Source: an uncultured bacterium
GTDB lineage: Bacteria; Hydrothermota; UBA3073; NMUJ01; CBEVQO01
DNA: 64,000 nt
NCBI GenBank assembly: GCA_965552055.1
Contig: CBEVQO010000005.1
Span: 116,122-180,121 of the forward strand
Reading direction: 5' to 3'
In this document: one piece after another, positions 40,605 through 51,367 of the stretch
Layout: each line of letters starts with the position of its first letter
How positions within the stretch are numbered: position 1 is the first letter of the stretch
Notes under the pieces: model-generated
Databases searched by the model: none
Seen by the model: only the letters and a program-made list of their open reading frames with translations
What the model was told of the DNA's origin: nothing
Made by a program: the position numbers and the translations under genes

Positions 40605-41804
40605 ATGAAGACAATAATTGTTGAAAATTTGAGTAAATGTTATAGAAAAGGAGGCTATAATCCTTATCAAAGTTTAAGAGATGCATTTTCTGGCATTTTG
40701 AGGAAGAGAAGAGAAGACGGAATTATATGGGCTCTTAAGGATGTGAGTTTTGAGGTTGAAGAGGGGGAAGTTTTAGGAATTATAGGTCCAAACGGAGCTG
40801 GTAAAACAACTCTTTTAAAGATATTGTCGAGAATTACGGAGCCAACGAGTGGCAGAGCGATAGTTAGGGGTAGGGTGGGTTCTTTGCTTGAAGTGGGTGT
40901 AGGTTTTCATCCAGAGTTAACCGGAAGAGAGAACATTTACCTGAATGGAGCAATACTTGGTATGAAGAAATCGGAGATAGACAGGAAGTTTGATGAAATT
41001 GTTGAATTTGCAGAATTATCCGAATTTATAGATACACCGATAAAATATTACTCAAGTGGAATGAGGTTGAGATTGGCTTTTTCGGTTGCTGCTTTCCTTG
41101 ACACGGATATAGTTTTGGTGGATGAAGTACTTGCAGTGGGTGATGTTGCTTTTCAAAGGAAATGCTTGGGTCAAATGGATGATGTAACGAAAAAAGGAAA
41201 AACTGTTCTTTTTGTTAGTCATCAAATGAATCAGGTGAGAAAACTTTGTAAAAGGGCTTTGTGGTTAGAAGGAGGGGAAATAAAAAAGGTAGGATACACT
41301 GAAGAAGTTGTAAGCGCGTATGAGAAGGCTTCCATTGGGATAGAAAGGGTAACTACCGTTAGGAATTTTACAGGAGGAAAGTTTTTCAAATGGGAAATAA
41401 TCTCACCACGGGGTCCGAAACCTAATATTTTAATAGACGACGAGAATGTGAGAATAAAGTTTTGGGTGAAAATAGATAAAGAAATTCAAAGAGGAGTACA
41501 TGGCATTGCGTTATTCGATAAAGAAGGGAAATTGCTATGGGCATATGGATTCTATAATTTGAAACTAACCCGAGGCGTCCATTCACTCACTTACCATTTT
41601 AAAATTTTACCTTTAACTCCTGGTCATTATTTTTGGAAAGTAAGTTTATATGATGAGGATAAAATAATAGATGCATGGGACTGTTTACCTGAAATGATAG
41701 TAGCGACAAAAATTATTTCACATAGGTGTGATAAATGGGTTGGTATATTAAATTTAAAATTTGATTTTGAATGTGCTTTAGAAAATGAAAAAAATCTTTA
41801 TTAA
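40605..41804 (+). CDS. wzt: Polysaccharide ABC exporter ATPase with C-terminal Wzt_C-like domain
   Basis: WALKDVSF, GPNGAGKTT, YSSGM, DEVLAVGD. Confidence 0.93.
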   Translation: MKTIIVENLSKCYRKGGYNPYQSLRDAFSGILRKRREDGIIWALKDVSFEVEEGEVLGIIGPNGAGKTTLLKILSRITEPTSGRAIVRGRVGSLLEVGVGFHPELTGRENIYLNGAILGMKKSEIDRKFDEIVEFAELSEFIDTPIKYYSSGMRLRLAFSVAAFLDTDIVLVDEVLAVGDVAFQRKCLGQMDDVTKKGKTVLFVSHQMNQVRKLCKRALWLEGGEIKKVGYTEEVVSAYEKASIGIERVTTVRNFTGGKFFKWEIISPRGPKPNILIDDENVRIKFWVKIDKEIQRGVHGIALFDKEGKLLWAYGFYNLKLTRGVHSLTYHFKILPLTPGHYFWKVSLYDEDKIIDAWDCLPEMIVATKIISHRCDKWVGILNLKFDFECALENEKNLY

Positions 41805-43437
41805 GAAAATAATTAATTTTTTTCCTTTGAATTTTTTAAAAATTTGTCTTTATTTCTTACTTTTAAAAAAGAGAATTATTTGTCTGCAAGAATGGAAAAC
41901 TGGATTTATAGAAAAAAGAGGTAATATTCTTGTGAAATTACGCAGAATTATTTTTGAGAGATTAAGGGAGAATTTGAATTTCTTAACTCTCCCTTGGTAT
42001 TATGGAACAAGATTATTTTTACCGTCAAAAAGTGAAATTACTCGAAATTTAGCTGTCGAAAATATATATGAGCCCTGTGAACTTAAATTTGTTTATCAAT
42101 TTTTAAAAAGGAAAATGACTTTTATCGATATAGGAGCTCATAATGGGGTTTATACCATATTTGGAGCTAAAAAAGTAGGCGAAGAAGGGAAAGTATTAGC
42201 AATTGAGCCTAGTAAAAGAGAATTCAATATATTAAGGATGAATGTAAGACGCAATAAATTAAAAAACATTAAATTAATTAACGACGCAGTTGGAGAAAAA
42301 GACGAAGAGAGATTTTTAAAAATAGCTCAAATTCAAAAAAGCGGGCATAATACCTTTTACAATTTTGTATACGAACAAACAAAATTAGCATATTATCAAA
42401 AGGTAAAAATAAGAACGCTGGATGAAATTATAGAAAAAGAAAAAATAAAACCCGATTTGATCAAAATAGATACAGAGGGAAGTGAATATGATATTTTAAA
42501 GGGAGCGCAAAATACCATTAAGAAATATAGACCTGCATTTTTGATTGAAATTCATAAGAACAAAGAGGAAATATTTAAATTGCTTAAAAAATATAATTAC
42601 AGAATACTACCAGCTGGTCAATGCTTTAAAATACTGCCTTCTTTTAAAACTAGCAGGAGAAAAGGAAAGTTTATTTTAATTACAGGAATAGGACATTGTG
42701 GTACCAAGTGGTTAGCGACTGTTTTGAATTCCTTCGATAAAGAGGTGAAATTCTATCATGAATATAAACTGACTGTAACAGGATTAAAATGGGATGAAGC
42801 CTTAGAATATGAATTACAAAAAGGATTGGGTGCCATTTTCATACCTTATTTTGATTTTATGGAAGAATTACTTACTTTCTGCAAAATAGTAGGCGATTCA
42901 AATTCATGGACTATGCTTATGATTCCTGAAATTCATAAAAGAATAAAGGTTGATTTAGTAATTTATCTTGTGCGAAATGGTATACAGAATGTTCATTCTT
43001 GTTATTATCATAATATAAATCTTCCGGAAGATCATTTTTTTTATAAAACTTTTTTAAAAAAATATGCGGAGATAACGGGAGAAAGTGAATTTGATAAATA
43101 CGATAAATGGGAGAGATGGTGTTTTTGGTGGAAAGTTAATAGATATATGCCTGAATGGTTAAAAGAAAAAATAGGTTCAGATAAGGTGTATGTTTTCCGC
43201 CTTGAAGACTTAATTATGAATGTAGATTATTTATTCAATATTTTTAAGCTAATAATTAATGAGTGTAAAGTGAAAAAATCTTATTTGAAAAAAATGCAGA
43301 AAAAAGATATTAATAGAAAAATAGGGGGAGATAGAACGCCGCGTAAATTATGGCAAAAATGGTCAGACGAACAAAAAGAAAAGTTCTTGAAAATATGCGG
43401 AGATACAATGAGATATTATAGTTACGGAATACCCTAG
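41785..43437 (+). CDS. FkbM methyltransferase fused to a sulfotransferase-like P-loop domain
   Basis: DIGAHNG, IEP, KIDTEGSE, then ITGIGHCGTKWL, YLVRNG, RLEDL, MRYYSY. Confidence 0.75.
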   Translation: MKKIFIKKIINFFPLNFLKICLYFLLLKKRIICLQEWKTGFIEKRGNILVKLRRIIFERLRENLNFLTLPWYYGTRLFLPSKSEITRNLAVENIYEPCELKFVYQFLKRKMTFIDIGAHNGVYTIFGAKKVGEEGKVLAIEPSKREFNILRMNVRRNKLKNIKLINDAVGEKDEERFLKIAQIQKSGHNTFYNFVYEQTKLAYYQKVKIRTLDEIIEKEKIKPDLIKIDTEGSEYDILKGAQNTIKKYRPAFLIEIHKNKEEIFKLLKKYNYRILPAGQCFKILPSFKTSRRKGKFILITGIGHCGTKWLATVLNSFDKEVKFYHEYKLTVTGLKWDEALEYELQKGLGAIFIPYFDFMEELLTFCKIVGDSNSWTMLMIPEIHKRIKVDLVIYLVRNGIQNVHSCYYHNINLPEDHFFYKTFLKKYAEITGESEFDKYDKWERWCFWWKVNRYMPEWLKEKIGSDKVYVFRLEDLIMNVDYLFNIFKLIINECKVKKSYLKKMQKKDINRKIGGDRTPRKLWQKWSDEQKEKFLKICGDTMRYYSYGIP

Positions 43438-44177
43438 GATATTACGCGTGGATTTAGAAAAATTGCATCGCCCCATTTGATTCTGAGAGAAGGGGTATAC
43501 CTTAAATTATAGAAATTGAATAAGAAATAATTTTTCTCGTATAAAAACTTGCAAATGTCATGAAAAAGAGATTGATTTTTATATAAAGGTATAAACATGA
43601 TTTCTGTGAAAATGAGCCATATTCTCTTTTCAGTAAGCATTCTCTCGGCTCCCTTCAAGGCTTTTAACTCAGCTCCTTGAATATCCATTTTTAGGATATG
43701 AATTTCTTCGATGTTTTTATCCTCACAAAATTCATCGAGCGTTGAAGAAAATACTTTGATGATGTTTTTAGTTTCTAAGTCCTTTATATTATTAACAAAT
43801 TTTTTACTGGACTCCATAACAGGTAATAAAGAATTTGTCGCTTCATTTTTGTTTATAAAAAATTGAGTTTCCCCTGTTTTATCAGAAATTGCAATTCTGA
43901 AAACTTTAACAGAAGTATCATTTTTAAATCTTTTCTGCAATATTTTAAAAGTAGAAGGCGAAGGTTCAAAACAGTAAATCGTCGAATCCGGAAAAACTTT
44001 TTTGTATATAGCAGTTATATTTCCAATATGGGCTCCTATGTCAAAAATTATGTTTACTTTTACTTGCTTTAATAATTCACGCTGAGCAAGGAAAGGGTCA
44101 TTAAAAGAAATTCTATGGATTTCAAACCCAAATTTATTAAGAAGTCTTCTAATTGTATCTTTTAAAAATCTTTTCAT
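43434..44177 (-). CDS. FkbM family methyltransferase
   Basis: DIGAHIG, FEP, KMDIQGAE, WGDAIF. Confidence 0.9.
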   Translation of the reverse strand: MKRFLKDTIRRLLNKFGFEIHRISFNDPFLAQRELLKQVKVNIIFDIGAHIGNITAIYKKVFPDSTIYCFEPSPSTFKILQKRFKNDTSVKVFRIAISDKTGETQFFINKNEATNSLLPVMESSKKFVNNIKDLETKNIIKVFSSTLDEFCEDKNIEEIHILKMDIQGAELKALKGAERMLTEKRIWLIFTEIMFIPLYKNQSLFHDICKFLYEKNYFLFNFYNLRYTPSLRIKWGDAIFLNPRVIS

Positions 44178-44253
44178 CCTTTAAATATAATTTTGTTACA
44201 CTTTTGTAAAGAAATAATTGACAGATTTGAAAAATTTTTAAATAATAAGTAAA

Positions 44254-45687
44254 ATGAAAGTTTCTGTAATAATACCTTCTCTTAACCGTGCTAAATATAT
44301 TAGGGATACAATTGATAGTGTATTAAATCAAGATTATCCTTATCTTGAATGTATCGTGGTTGACGGTGGCTCAACCGACGGCACTATTGACATTTTAAAG
44401 AGCTATGGAGATAAGATAAAGTGGATTTCAGAGCCCGACAGAGGCCATGCAGACGCCATAAATAAAGGCTGGAAGATGGCGCAAGGCGAGATACTATCTT
44501 GGCTCAATGCCGACGATGTTTTGAAAATCCCCGACGCAATAAGCACCGTGGTAAATTTATTCAGAGAAAATCCCGATGTTGATGTAATATATGGTGATTG
44601 CGGTAAAATAGATTCTTCCGGTCAAAAAATAGGTGTTACTTATTGCTGGAAATGGAATTTAAATTATGCTATTGAGAATTGTGACCATTGTATCCCTCAG
44701 CCATCTGCTTTTATTCGCAGAAGAATTTTAGAAAAAGTAGGTTATCTTGACATAAATTTCTATCAGAAAAAAGACCATGAACTATGGCTCAGAATAGGAC
44801 TTTACGGGAAAATAAAGTACTTTCCTTTTTTACTTTCATATGAGAGAGCAATAAGAGGGATGAGTTTTGATGGGAGAACATCCGCTCCTGCCTGTGTACA
44901 AGTTACGAGGAAATTTTTTTCATTAAAGGGTGCGGAGAAGTATTGGAAGTTGAAAAAGAGGGCTTACAGCAATGCTTATTTAAGGGGTATTGATTATGCT
45001 TATGTTGGCGGTAAACATTGGGATATAATTTTAAAGTATTTTATAATGGCATTTGTATGTGATCCATGGAATCATAAAAATTTAATCGATAGAATTTACA
45101 GGTATTTGCCTTGTTTAAAGATTTATCGTCCGTTCTATCGCTTTTTTATGAAAAATATTTTGAAGAAAAAATTAAGAATTCCAGAGAGGGTAAGAGTTAT
45201 GGAATTGAAAGTCAATATTGACGATTTAAAAGGGGAAAAAATATTAATCTTGGGTAAAGATGTATTTAGTAGGAAATTGGGTAAAAAATCCACAGTTTTT
45301 AATTTTACTGGGGGTAATTTTTTTGAATCTAAATTTGATAAATACGATACGATAGTGTGCTATGAATTTCTGGAAAATCTCGGTATCAATGAAAAATATG
45401 GTTTTGCCGCCGAACCCTCTTACTCTGATTTGGAAGCGATGAAAATTCTTCGCAAGATGTTGAGAAAAGGCGGGAAAATGATTCTTGTTTTACCTGTGGG
45501 AGAAGATGCCAGTTTCGTTCCATTAATGAGAATATTCGGTAAATATAGACTTAGTATGTTATTTAAAGACTTTAAAATTTTAAAGGAAAAGTATTTTAAA
45601 GATGGTAAAGAAGTCTCAAAAGAGTTTGCTTTGACCTATGAAGCGTCCCCCACCGATTATATTGAAGGAGTTTTTTATTTAGCTTGA
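44254..45687 (+). CDS. Glycosyltransferase family 2 with C-terminal DUF268/methyltransferase-like domain
   Basis: DGGSTDGT, SEPDRG, WLNADD; C-terminal LENLG..KYG...DLEAM...PVGEDA....RIFG. Confidence 0.8.
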   Translation: MKVSVIIPSLNRAKYIRDTIDSVLNQDYPYLECIVVDGGSTDGTIDILKSYGDKIKWISEPDRGHADAINKGWKMAQGEILSWLNADDVLKIPDAISTVVNLFRENPDVDVIYGDCGKIDSSGQKIGVTYCWKWNLNYAIENCDHCIPQPSAFIRRRILEKVGYLDINFYQKKDHELWLRIGLYGKIKYFPFLLSYERAIRGMSFDGRTSAPACVQVTRKFFSLKGAEKYWKLKKRAYSNAYLRGIDYAYVGGKHWDIILKYFIMAFVCDPWNHKNLIDRIYRYLPCLKIYRPFYRFFMKNILKKKLRIPERVRVMELKVNIDDLKGEKILILGKDVFSRKLGKKSTVFNFTGGNFFESKFDKYDTIVCYEFLENLGINEKYGFAAEPSYSDLEAMKILRKMLRKGGKMILVLPVGEDASFVPLMRIFGKYRLSMLFKDFKILKEKYFKDGKEVSKEFALTYEASPTDYIEGVFYLA

Positions 45688-45710
45688 CTTTGTAATATTT
45701 CAGTTAAAAT
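45684..45710 (+). promoter_or_regulatory. Promoter TTGACT-N15-TAAAAT, 7 nt upstream of ATG 45718
   Basis: ttgact ttgtaatatttcagt taaaat. Confidence 0.65.
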
Positions 45711-45717
45711 TGCAGAA

Positions 45718-46602
45718 ATGATAAGTTTTTTCACAACCACAAAGCCTTTCAAAGGCAAATTTAGAATAATTCAGAGGAATGCAATTAAGAGCTGGAAAAT
45801 ACTTCATCCGAATGTGGAGGTGATTTTGTTTGATGACACAAAAGAAGGAGAGAAAATTGCAGAAGAAATAGGTCTTATTTTGATAAAAGAGATGAAGAAA
45901 AATAAATATGGAACACCTTTGTTAAATTATTTATTCGAAAAAGCTCAGGAAATTGCAAAAAATAGAATAATGTGTTACATAAATGCTGATATTATTTTGC
46001 TGAAAGATTTTTTAGATGCTGTGAATATGGTTAAAAACAATGAAAAATTTTTATTGGTGGGTAAAAGATATGATTTGGATTTTGACAGAGAGATTGATTT
46101 TTCCAGGCAATGGGAAAAAGAAATGATACAATTTATAAGAAAATATGGTGTTTTGCATAGAGGGGCCGCAAGTGACTATTTTGTCTTCCCCAAAGGTTTA
46201 TTTACAAAAATACCGCCATTTGCGATAGGAAGAGGAGCATTTGACAACTGGCTTATTTATGATGCACTGAGGAGAAAAATTCCTGTTATCGATGCCACTC
46301 ATTTCATAACCGCTATTCATCAAAACCATGATTATTCGCATTGTAAATGGGGTGAGAGATGGGGAAAAAGCCCCGAATATGAGGAAAATGTTAAATTGGC
46401 TGGAAAGGGAACTATATTTGAGCCGAGAGACGCCACTCATATCCTTACTAAGAAGGGAATAAGAATGAATCTTAATTTTACGCAATTGCACCGAAAGATA
46501 GATGTGATCGAAAGACTTTACCCTCATTTGTTTGTTTTTAAAATAGTTTTGAAAGGTTTCATAAATATTTTGAAAAAAATGGGAATAAGGCGAAGAAAAT
46601 GA
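45718..46602 (+). CDS. Putative GT-A fold glycosyltransferase
   Basis: YINADII, DYFVFP, FAIGR..FDNW, HQNH, inside the glycan locus. Confidence 0.65.
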   Translation: MISFFTTTKPFKGKFRIIQRNAIKSWKILHPNVEVILFDDTKEGEKIAEEIGLILIKEMKKNKYGTPLLNYLFEKAQEIAKNRIMCYINADIILLKDFLDAVNMVKNNEKFLLVGKRYDLDFDREIDFSRQWEKEMIQFIRKYGVLHRGAASDYFVFPKGLFTKIPPFAIGRGAFDNWLIYDALRRKIPVIDATHFITAIHQNHDYSHCKWGERWGKSPEYEENVKLAGKGTIFEPRDATHILTKKGIRMNLNFTQLHRKIDVIERLYPHLFVFKIVLKGFINILKKMGIRRRK

Positions 46603-47885
46603 GGCTGGCAGTTGTAGGTCTGGGCAAACTTGGTGCTCCCATTTCTGCCTGCCTTGCATATAAAGGGTTTGAGGTGATAGGTCTGGATATCGACAAAGAG
46701 AAAGTGGAAAAAATTAACAAAAAAGAGCCACCTGTAAATGAGCCGGGTTTAAAAGAATTACTGCAAAAATGTAAGAAACTTAGAGCAACGGTTGATTATG
46801 AAGAGGCAGTAAAAAATTCAGAAATAGCTTTAATAATCGTACCTACTCCGACAGATGAAACAGGAGGATTCTCTTTAAAATTTGTAAAAGAAAGTTTAAA
46901 AGAAATTGCAAAATATATGAAAGAAGGTTATATTGTAGACATCGTAAGTACCATATTACCCGGTTCCATGGATGGTGAAATTAAACCGCTTTTAGAAGAT
47001 TTGACGGGAAAAAGATGTGGGAAAGATTTTGGTTTATGTTATAATCCAGAATTTGTAGCGCTCGGTAATGTAATAAAAGGTTTTTTGAATCCAGATTTTG
47101 TATTGATAGGAGAATCCGATAGAAATAGTGGTGAAAAAGTGGCGTCAATTTATAAGAAAGCATGTGAAAATAATCCACCGATAAAAAGGATGAATTTTAT
47201 AAATGCTGAGATAACAAAATTGGCACTGAATACTTATGTTACTACGAAAATAAGTTATGCGAATATGCTTGCGAGAATTTGTGAGAAAATAAAAGATGCA
47301 GATGTAGATGTGATAACAGATGCTCTTTCCTGTGATTCGAGAATTGGCGGAAAATATTTGAAAGGAGCAATAGGTTATGGTGGACCATGTTTTCCGCGAG
47401 ATAATGTGGCACTGATGACATTTGCAAAGAAAATAGGAGCAGATGCAGATATTGCGGAAGCAACACATAAGTTTAATAAAAAAGAGCCACAAAGATTGCT
47501 TAATTTGATAAAAACGATATTGGAAAATAAGAAAAAGAAGATAGGAATTTTGGGACTTTCTTACAAACCCGATACGGATGTCATTGAGGAATCTATTTCG
47601 ATTCATTTAATAGATTTGTTATTGAAAGAAGAAATGGAAGTGATAGTTTATGACCCTATGGCAATGGAAGTTACAAAGAAAATTTTTGGTGAAAAAATTG
47701 AATATGGGAAATCGAAAGAAGAAGTTATTGAAAAAGCAGATGTTATACTTATAATGACGCCTTGGGAAGAGTTTAAAAATTTAAATATAAATAAGAAATT
47801 AATTTTAATTGATTGCTGGAGGATTTACAAAGGGGAGAAGAATAAAATAGAATATATTGCACTTGGTAGAGGTAAATTAATTTAA
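46599..47885 (+). CDS. UDP-glucose/GDP-mannose dehydrogenase family protein
   Basis: GLGKLG, VPTP, NPEF, GYGGPCFPRD. Confidence 0.92.
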   Translation: MRLAVVGLGKLGAPISACLAYKGFEVIGLDIDKEKVEKINKKEPPVNEPGLKELLQKCKKLRATVDYEEAVKNSEIALIIVPTPTDETGGFSLKFVKESLKEIAKYMKEGYIVDIVSTILPGSMDGEIKPLLEDLTGKRCGKDFGLCYNPEFVALGNVIKGFLNPDFVLIGESDRNSGEKVASIYKKACENNPPIKRMNFINAEITKLALNTYVTTKISYANMLARICEKIKDADVDVITDALSCDSRIGGKYLKGAIGYGGPCFPRDNVALMTFAKKIGADADIAEATHKFNKKEPQRLLNLIKTILENKKKKIGILGLSYKPDTDVIEESISIHLIDLLLKEEMEVIVYDPMAMEVTKKIFGEKIEYGKSKEEVIEKADVILIMTPWEEFKNLNINKKLILIDCWRIYKGEKNKIEYIALGRGKLI

Positions 47886-47897
47886 TTGGGGGGTGAA

Positions 47898-48923
47898 ATG
47901 GGCTTCTGGGAAGGTAAAAAAGTTCTTGTTACAGGAGGTGCTTCTTTTATAGGTTCGCATCTTGTAGATGCGCTTGTAGAGAGAGGAGCGAAAGTTCGCG
48001 TTGTTGATAATCTCAGTAGCGGTAAACTGGAAAATATAAAGCATCATATAGACAAAGGTAACATTGAGTTTATAAAAGGCGATTTGCTATATCCTGAAGT
48101 TGCAAAGAAATCGGTAAAAGGAATGGAATATGTTTTCCATCTTGCAGCTGCTCATGGTGGAAGAGGTTATGTTGACCTGCATCAGGTTGAGTGTTCTACA
48201 AATATGATTCTTGACGGGAATGTTTTTAAAGCGTGTTATGAAGAAGGAGTTGAAAAAGTAATTTTTGCGTCTTCTGGTTGTGTTTATCCAAATTATTTAC
48301 AAAAAGATGTTAATAAAGAAATTTATTTAAAAGAAGATATGGTAGGTCCTCCTTATGATGCTGACAATATGTATGGCTGGGCGAAGTTGATGGCAGAATT
48401 AACATTGAAATATTATTATGAAGAGAAAGGAATGAAATCAGTATCATTGCGTTATTTTACTGTTTATGGTCCTCGAGGTGTTGAGAATCATGCAGTAATT
48501 GCGATGATAGCCAAAGCCTTTATAAAGCAGGACCCATTCGAGATATGGGGGACTGGGGAGCAAATTCGTAACTGGACTTACATATCAGATATAGTTGAAG
48601 GTACGATTTTGGCGGCTGAAAAAATAGACAATGCAATAGCGATAAATCTTGGCACTATGGAGAGAATAAGGGTGATAGATGCAGCCCGTGAGATACTGCG
48701 TTATACAGGACACAAGGCGCGCATAGTAACACATCCTGATAAACCAACAGGTCCTTTAAATCGTGTTGCGGATAATTCACTTGCAAAGAAATTATTGGGT
48801 TGGGAGCCCAAAGTAAAATTTATAGAAGGATTACACAAAACAATTGATTGGTACTTCTCGACTAAAAATCCCGACGAAGTAAAAAGAAAATTAGATAGAA
48901 TGCTAACAGAAAGAGGTGAATAA
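47898..48923 (+). CDS. NAD-dependent nucleotide-sugar epimerase/dehydratase
   Basis: TGGASFIGSH, ASSGCVY, YGWAK, WGTGEQ.R. Confidence 0.92.
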   Translation: MGFWEGKKVLVTGGASFIGSHLVDALVERGAKVRVVDNLSSGKLENIKHHIDKGNIEFIKGDLLYPEVAKKSVKGMEYVFHLAAAHGGRGYVDLHQVECSTNMILDGNVFKACYEEGVEKVIFASSGCVYPNYLQKDVNKEIYLKEDMVGPPYDADNMYGWAKLMAELTLKYYYEEKGMKSVSLRYFTVYGPRGVENHAVIAMIAKAFIKQDPFEIWGTGEQIRNWTYISDIVEGTILAAEKIDNAIAINLGTMERIRVIDAAREILRYTGHKARIVTHPDKPTGPLNRVADNSLAKKLLGWEPKVKFIEGLHKTIDWYFSTKNPDEVKRKLDRMLTERGE

Positions 48924-49608
48924 AACAATAGTAGTACTTGGGATGCATCGCAGCGGTACTTCATTGGTAGCCGGGGTTTTACATCATCTTGGGGTGAATA
49001 TGGGGAAAGAAATGTTAGGTGGTGATAGATTTAATCCGTTTGGTCACTTTGAGAATAAGAAAATTATAAAATTGAATGAAGAAATATTAAAAGAAGCAGG
49101 TGGAAGCTGGTATGCGCCTCCTTCGAGTGAAAAGATTTTAAAAGTAAGAGAAAAATTTAAAAATAAAATAAAGGAAATAATTGAAAGCGAAAAATCGAAG
49201 CTATGGGGTTTCAAAGACCCTCGAACTTCGTTAACAATAGAGTTATTTTTACCGTTTTTAGAGAATCCGTATTTTATTGTATGCTACCGTAATAAAAGGG
49301 AGATAATCAAGTCTTTGATTAGAAGGGATAAAATGAATTTTGAATATGCCAGCAGATTAATTGATTTATATTATGAGCGTATAACAAAATTTTTCGAGGC
49401 ACATAGGGATTTACGAAGGATTAATGTAAAATACGAAGAGATGTTGAGAAAGCCAAGGGTAGTGCTTGAAAAGATTATTTGTTTCCTTGACATACAGGTT
49501 ACTGAAGATGCAGTTAAGAAAGCACTTTCTTTTGTGCATTCACGCTTTGAGGTTAAAATTGCGAAAATATTATGCAGGATTAAAGGATGGTGTAGATATT
49601 TAAAATGA
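48916..49608 (+). CDS. Sulfotransferase family protein
   Basis: LGMHRSGTS, NP.GHFE, WGFKDPR, YEE. Confidence 0.85.
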   Translation: MNKTIVVLGMHRSGTSLVAGVLHHLGVNMGKEMLGGDRFNPFGHFENKKIIKLNEEILKEAGGSWYAPPSSEKILKVREKFKNKIKEIIESEKSKLWGFKDPRTSLTIELFLPFLENPYFIVCYRNKREIIKSLIRRDKMNFEYASRLIDLYYERITKFFEAHRDLRRINVKYEEMLRKPRVVLEKIICFLDIQVTEDAVKKALSFVHSRFEVKIAKILCRIKGWCRYLK

Positions 49609-50372
49609 AAAAGTATGATCCACAAAAATATTGGGAAATGAGGGCTTCTATAAGTAAAGGTGATGTCTATAAAGCAGTTTGCGTTTTTACTCTTCCGTAT
49701 GAAGAAAATTTAGCTTTGGAGAAAGTTGAGAGATATGCTATGCGGTTGATTTTAAAAGGGATAAATTTAAGAGGAGCAAAAGTTGTGGATTTAGGTTGCG
49801 GAGTAGGTCGGTGGACGGACTTTTTTAAAAGAAAAGGTGTATTTTACATTGGTGTTGATGTGTCAAAAACCATGTTAAAAATAGCTAAAGAAAGATTTCC
49901 TTCTTCTCATTTTTTAAAAGTAGATAGTATCAGGCTACCTTTCAAAGATAGCGTGATAGACTTGATCTTTTCTATCAATGTGTTGCAACATAATTTTTAT
50001 GAGCACCAAAATAAATTAATTTCAGAAATGATAAGAGTAACAAAAAAAGGAGGTTTTATTCTATTATTTGAAGGAATTTCTGCCAAAAATTCACAAACTT
50101 CTTATAATATGTTCCCAAGGACGGTAAAAAACTGGATAAAAGAAGTAGAGCGTAATGGTGCAAAAATTATTCGTATAAAATTTGTACGCGGGTGGATAAT
50201 AAAAGATATCATATTAAAAGTGGTGAAGAAAATTAAAATGAAGAAAGAAAAAGAAATGAAATTACGAAGGATTCTTACAAAAGTTGGAGTGATAATTGAT
50301 AGGTTTTTGTTATGGCTTCTACCGAGGCGATTTGCCACAAATGCTGCAATGTTATTTATAAAGGAAAAATGA
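49605..50372 (+). CDS. Class I SAM-dependent methyltransferase
   Basis: YWE.RA, DLGCGVGRW, LPF.D, VLQH. Confidence 0.88.
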   Translation: MKKYDPQKYWEMRASISKGDVYKAVCVFTLPYEENLALEKVERYAMRLILKGINLRGAKVVDLGCGVGRWTDFFKRKGVFYIGVDVSKTMLKIAKERFPSSHFLKVDSIRLPFKDSVIDLIFSINVLQHNFYEHQNKLISEMIRVTKKGGFILLFEGISAKNSQTSYNMFPRTVKNWIKEVERNGAKIIRIKFVRGWIIKDIILKVVKKIKMKKEKEMKLRRILTKVGVIIDRFLLWLLPRRFATNAAMLFIKEK

Positions 50373-51367
50373 AAATAGGTGTATTTTATCCTTCCTATTT
50401 ACCTTTCAGTATTTACAATTACATTCAAAATGTAAGTAAAATAATGGGGAAATTAGGAGCAGATATAATTTTTTTCTCAGAGAATGAAACTATTCCTGAA
50501 GATGTGGATATTTATTGGGATCCTCGAGCAATGGCTGGCTCTTACCCCTATGTTAAAATTTTATCCACAAGGAAACCGATTGTGCTAACACTGCATGGTG
50601 TTTCTCCTTTTTCTGTGCCCGCAAAAGAACATTACGATGATTTTAAGAAAATGCTAAAAGGTAAAATAGATAATTTAACGAAGTTTGCAGTATGGCAATT
50701 TATTAAAAAGAAAATTTCAACTATAATAACTCCTTCGTATTATGCGAAGTCTGAAATAAAGTATTATTTAAAATTAAGGGATGAAAAAATAACCGTGATA
50801 TACCATGGAGTTGATTTAAAAATTTTCAAGCCGAAACCAAGAGTAAAGAAAGATTATTTTCTTCACATTTCACAATATCAGCCCAAAAAAAATATTAGAA
50901 GGATAATAAGAGCTTATAAAAAATTGCCGTTTCTGAAAAAACCTAAATTAATTATACTCTCGCCAGGCTATCCATATTCTGTTTCGCATAAAGATATATT
51001 ATTTATTACGAAGTCCTTAAAACCTAATGAGTTAGTTTCGTTATATCAAGGAGCGTTGGCTTTTGTTTTCCCCTCACTTCATGAGAGTTTTGGTATGCCT
51101 TTATTAGAAGCAATGGCATGTGGATGTCCTGTTATTACCGCAAATGTTACAGCGTGCCCAGAAATTGCAGGAGACGCTGCAATATATGTAAATCCACGAT
51201 CAGAAAATTCAATAATGCAAGCCATGCTAAAAATAATGGAAGATAAGGATCTTCGAAATGTGCTTTGTGAGAAAGGTTTAAAACATGTTAAAAAGTTTAG
51301 ATGGGACAAAAGTGCTGAAAAACATTTCTCAGTTTTTAAAAAAATTGTTTATAATAAAAATGACTAA
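50369..51367 (+). CDS. Glycosyltransferase family 4
   Basis: PKKN and ESFGMPLLEAMACGCPVI. Confidence 0.9.
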   Translation: MKIGVFYPSYLPFSIYNYIQNVSKIMGKLGADIIFFSENETIPEDVDIYWDPRAMAGSYPYVKILSTRKPIVLTLHGVSPFSVPAKEHYDDFKKMLKGKIDNLTKFAVWQFIKKKISTIITPSYYAKSEIKYYLKLRDEKITVIYHGVDLKIFKPKPRVKKDYFLHISQYQPKKNIRRIIRAYKKLPFLKKPKLIILSPGYPYSVSHKDILFITKSLKPNELVSLYQGALAFVFPSLHESFGMPLLEAMACGCPVITANVTACPEIAGDAAIYVNPRSENSIMQAMLKIMEDKDLRNVLCEKGLKHVKKFRWDKSAEKHFSVFKKIVYNKND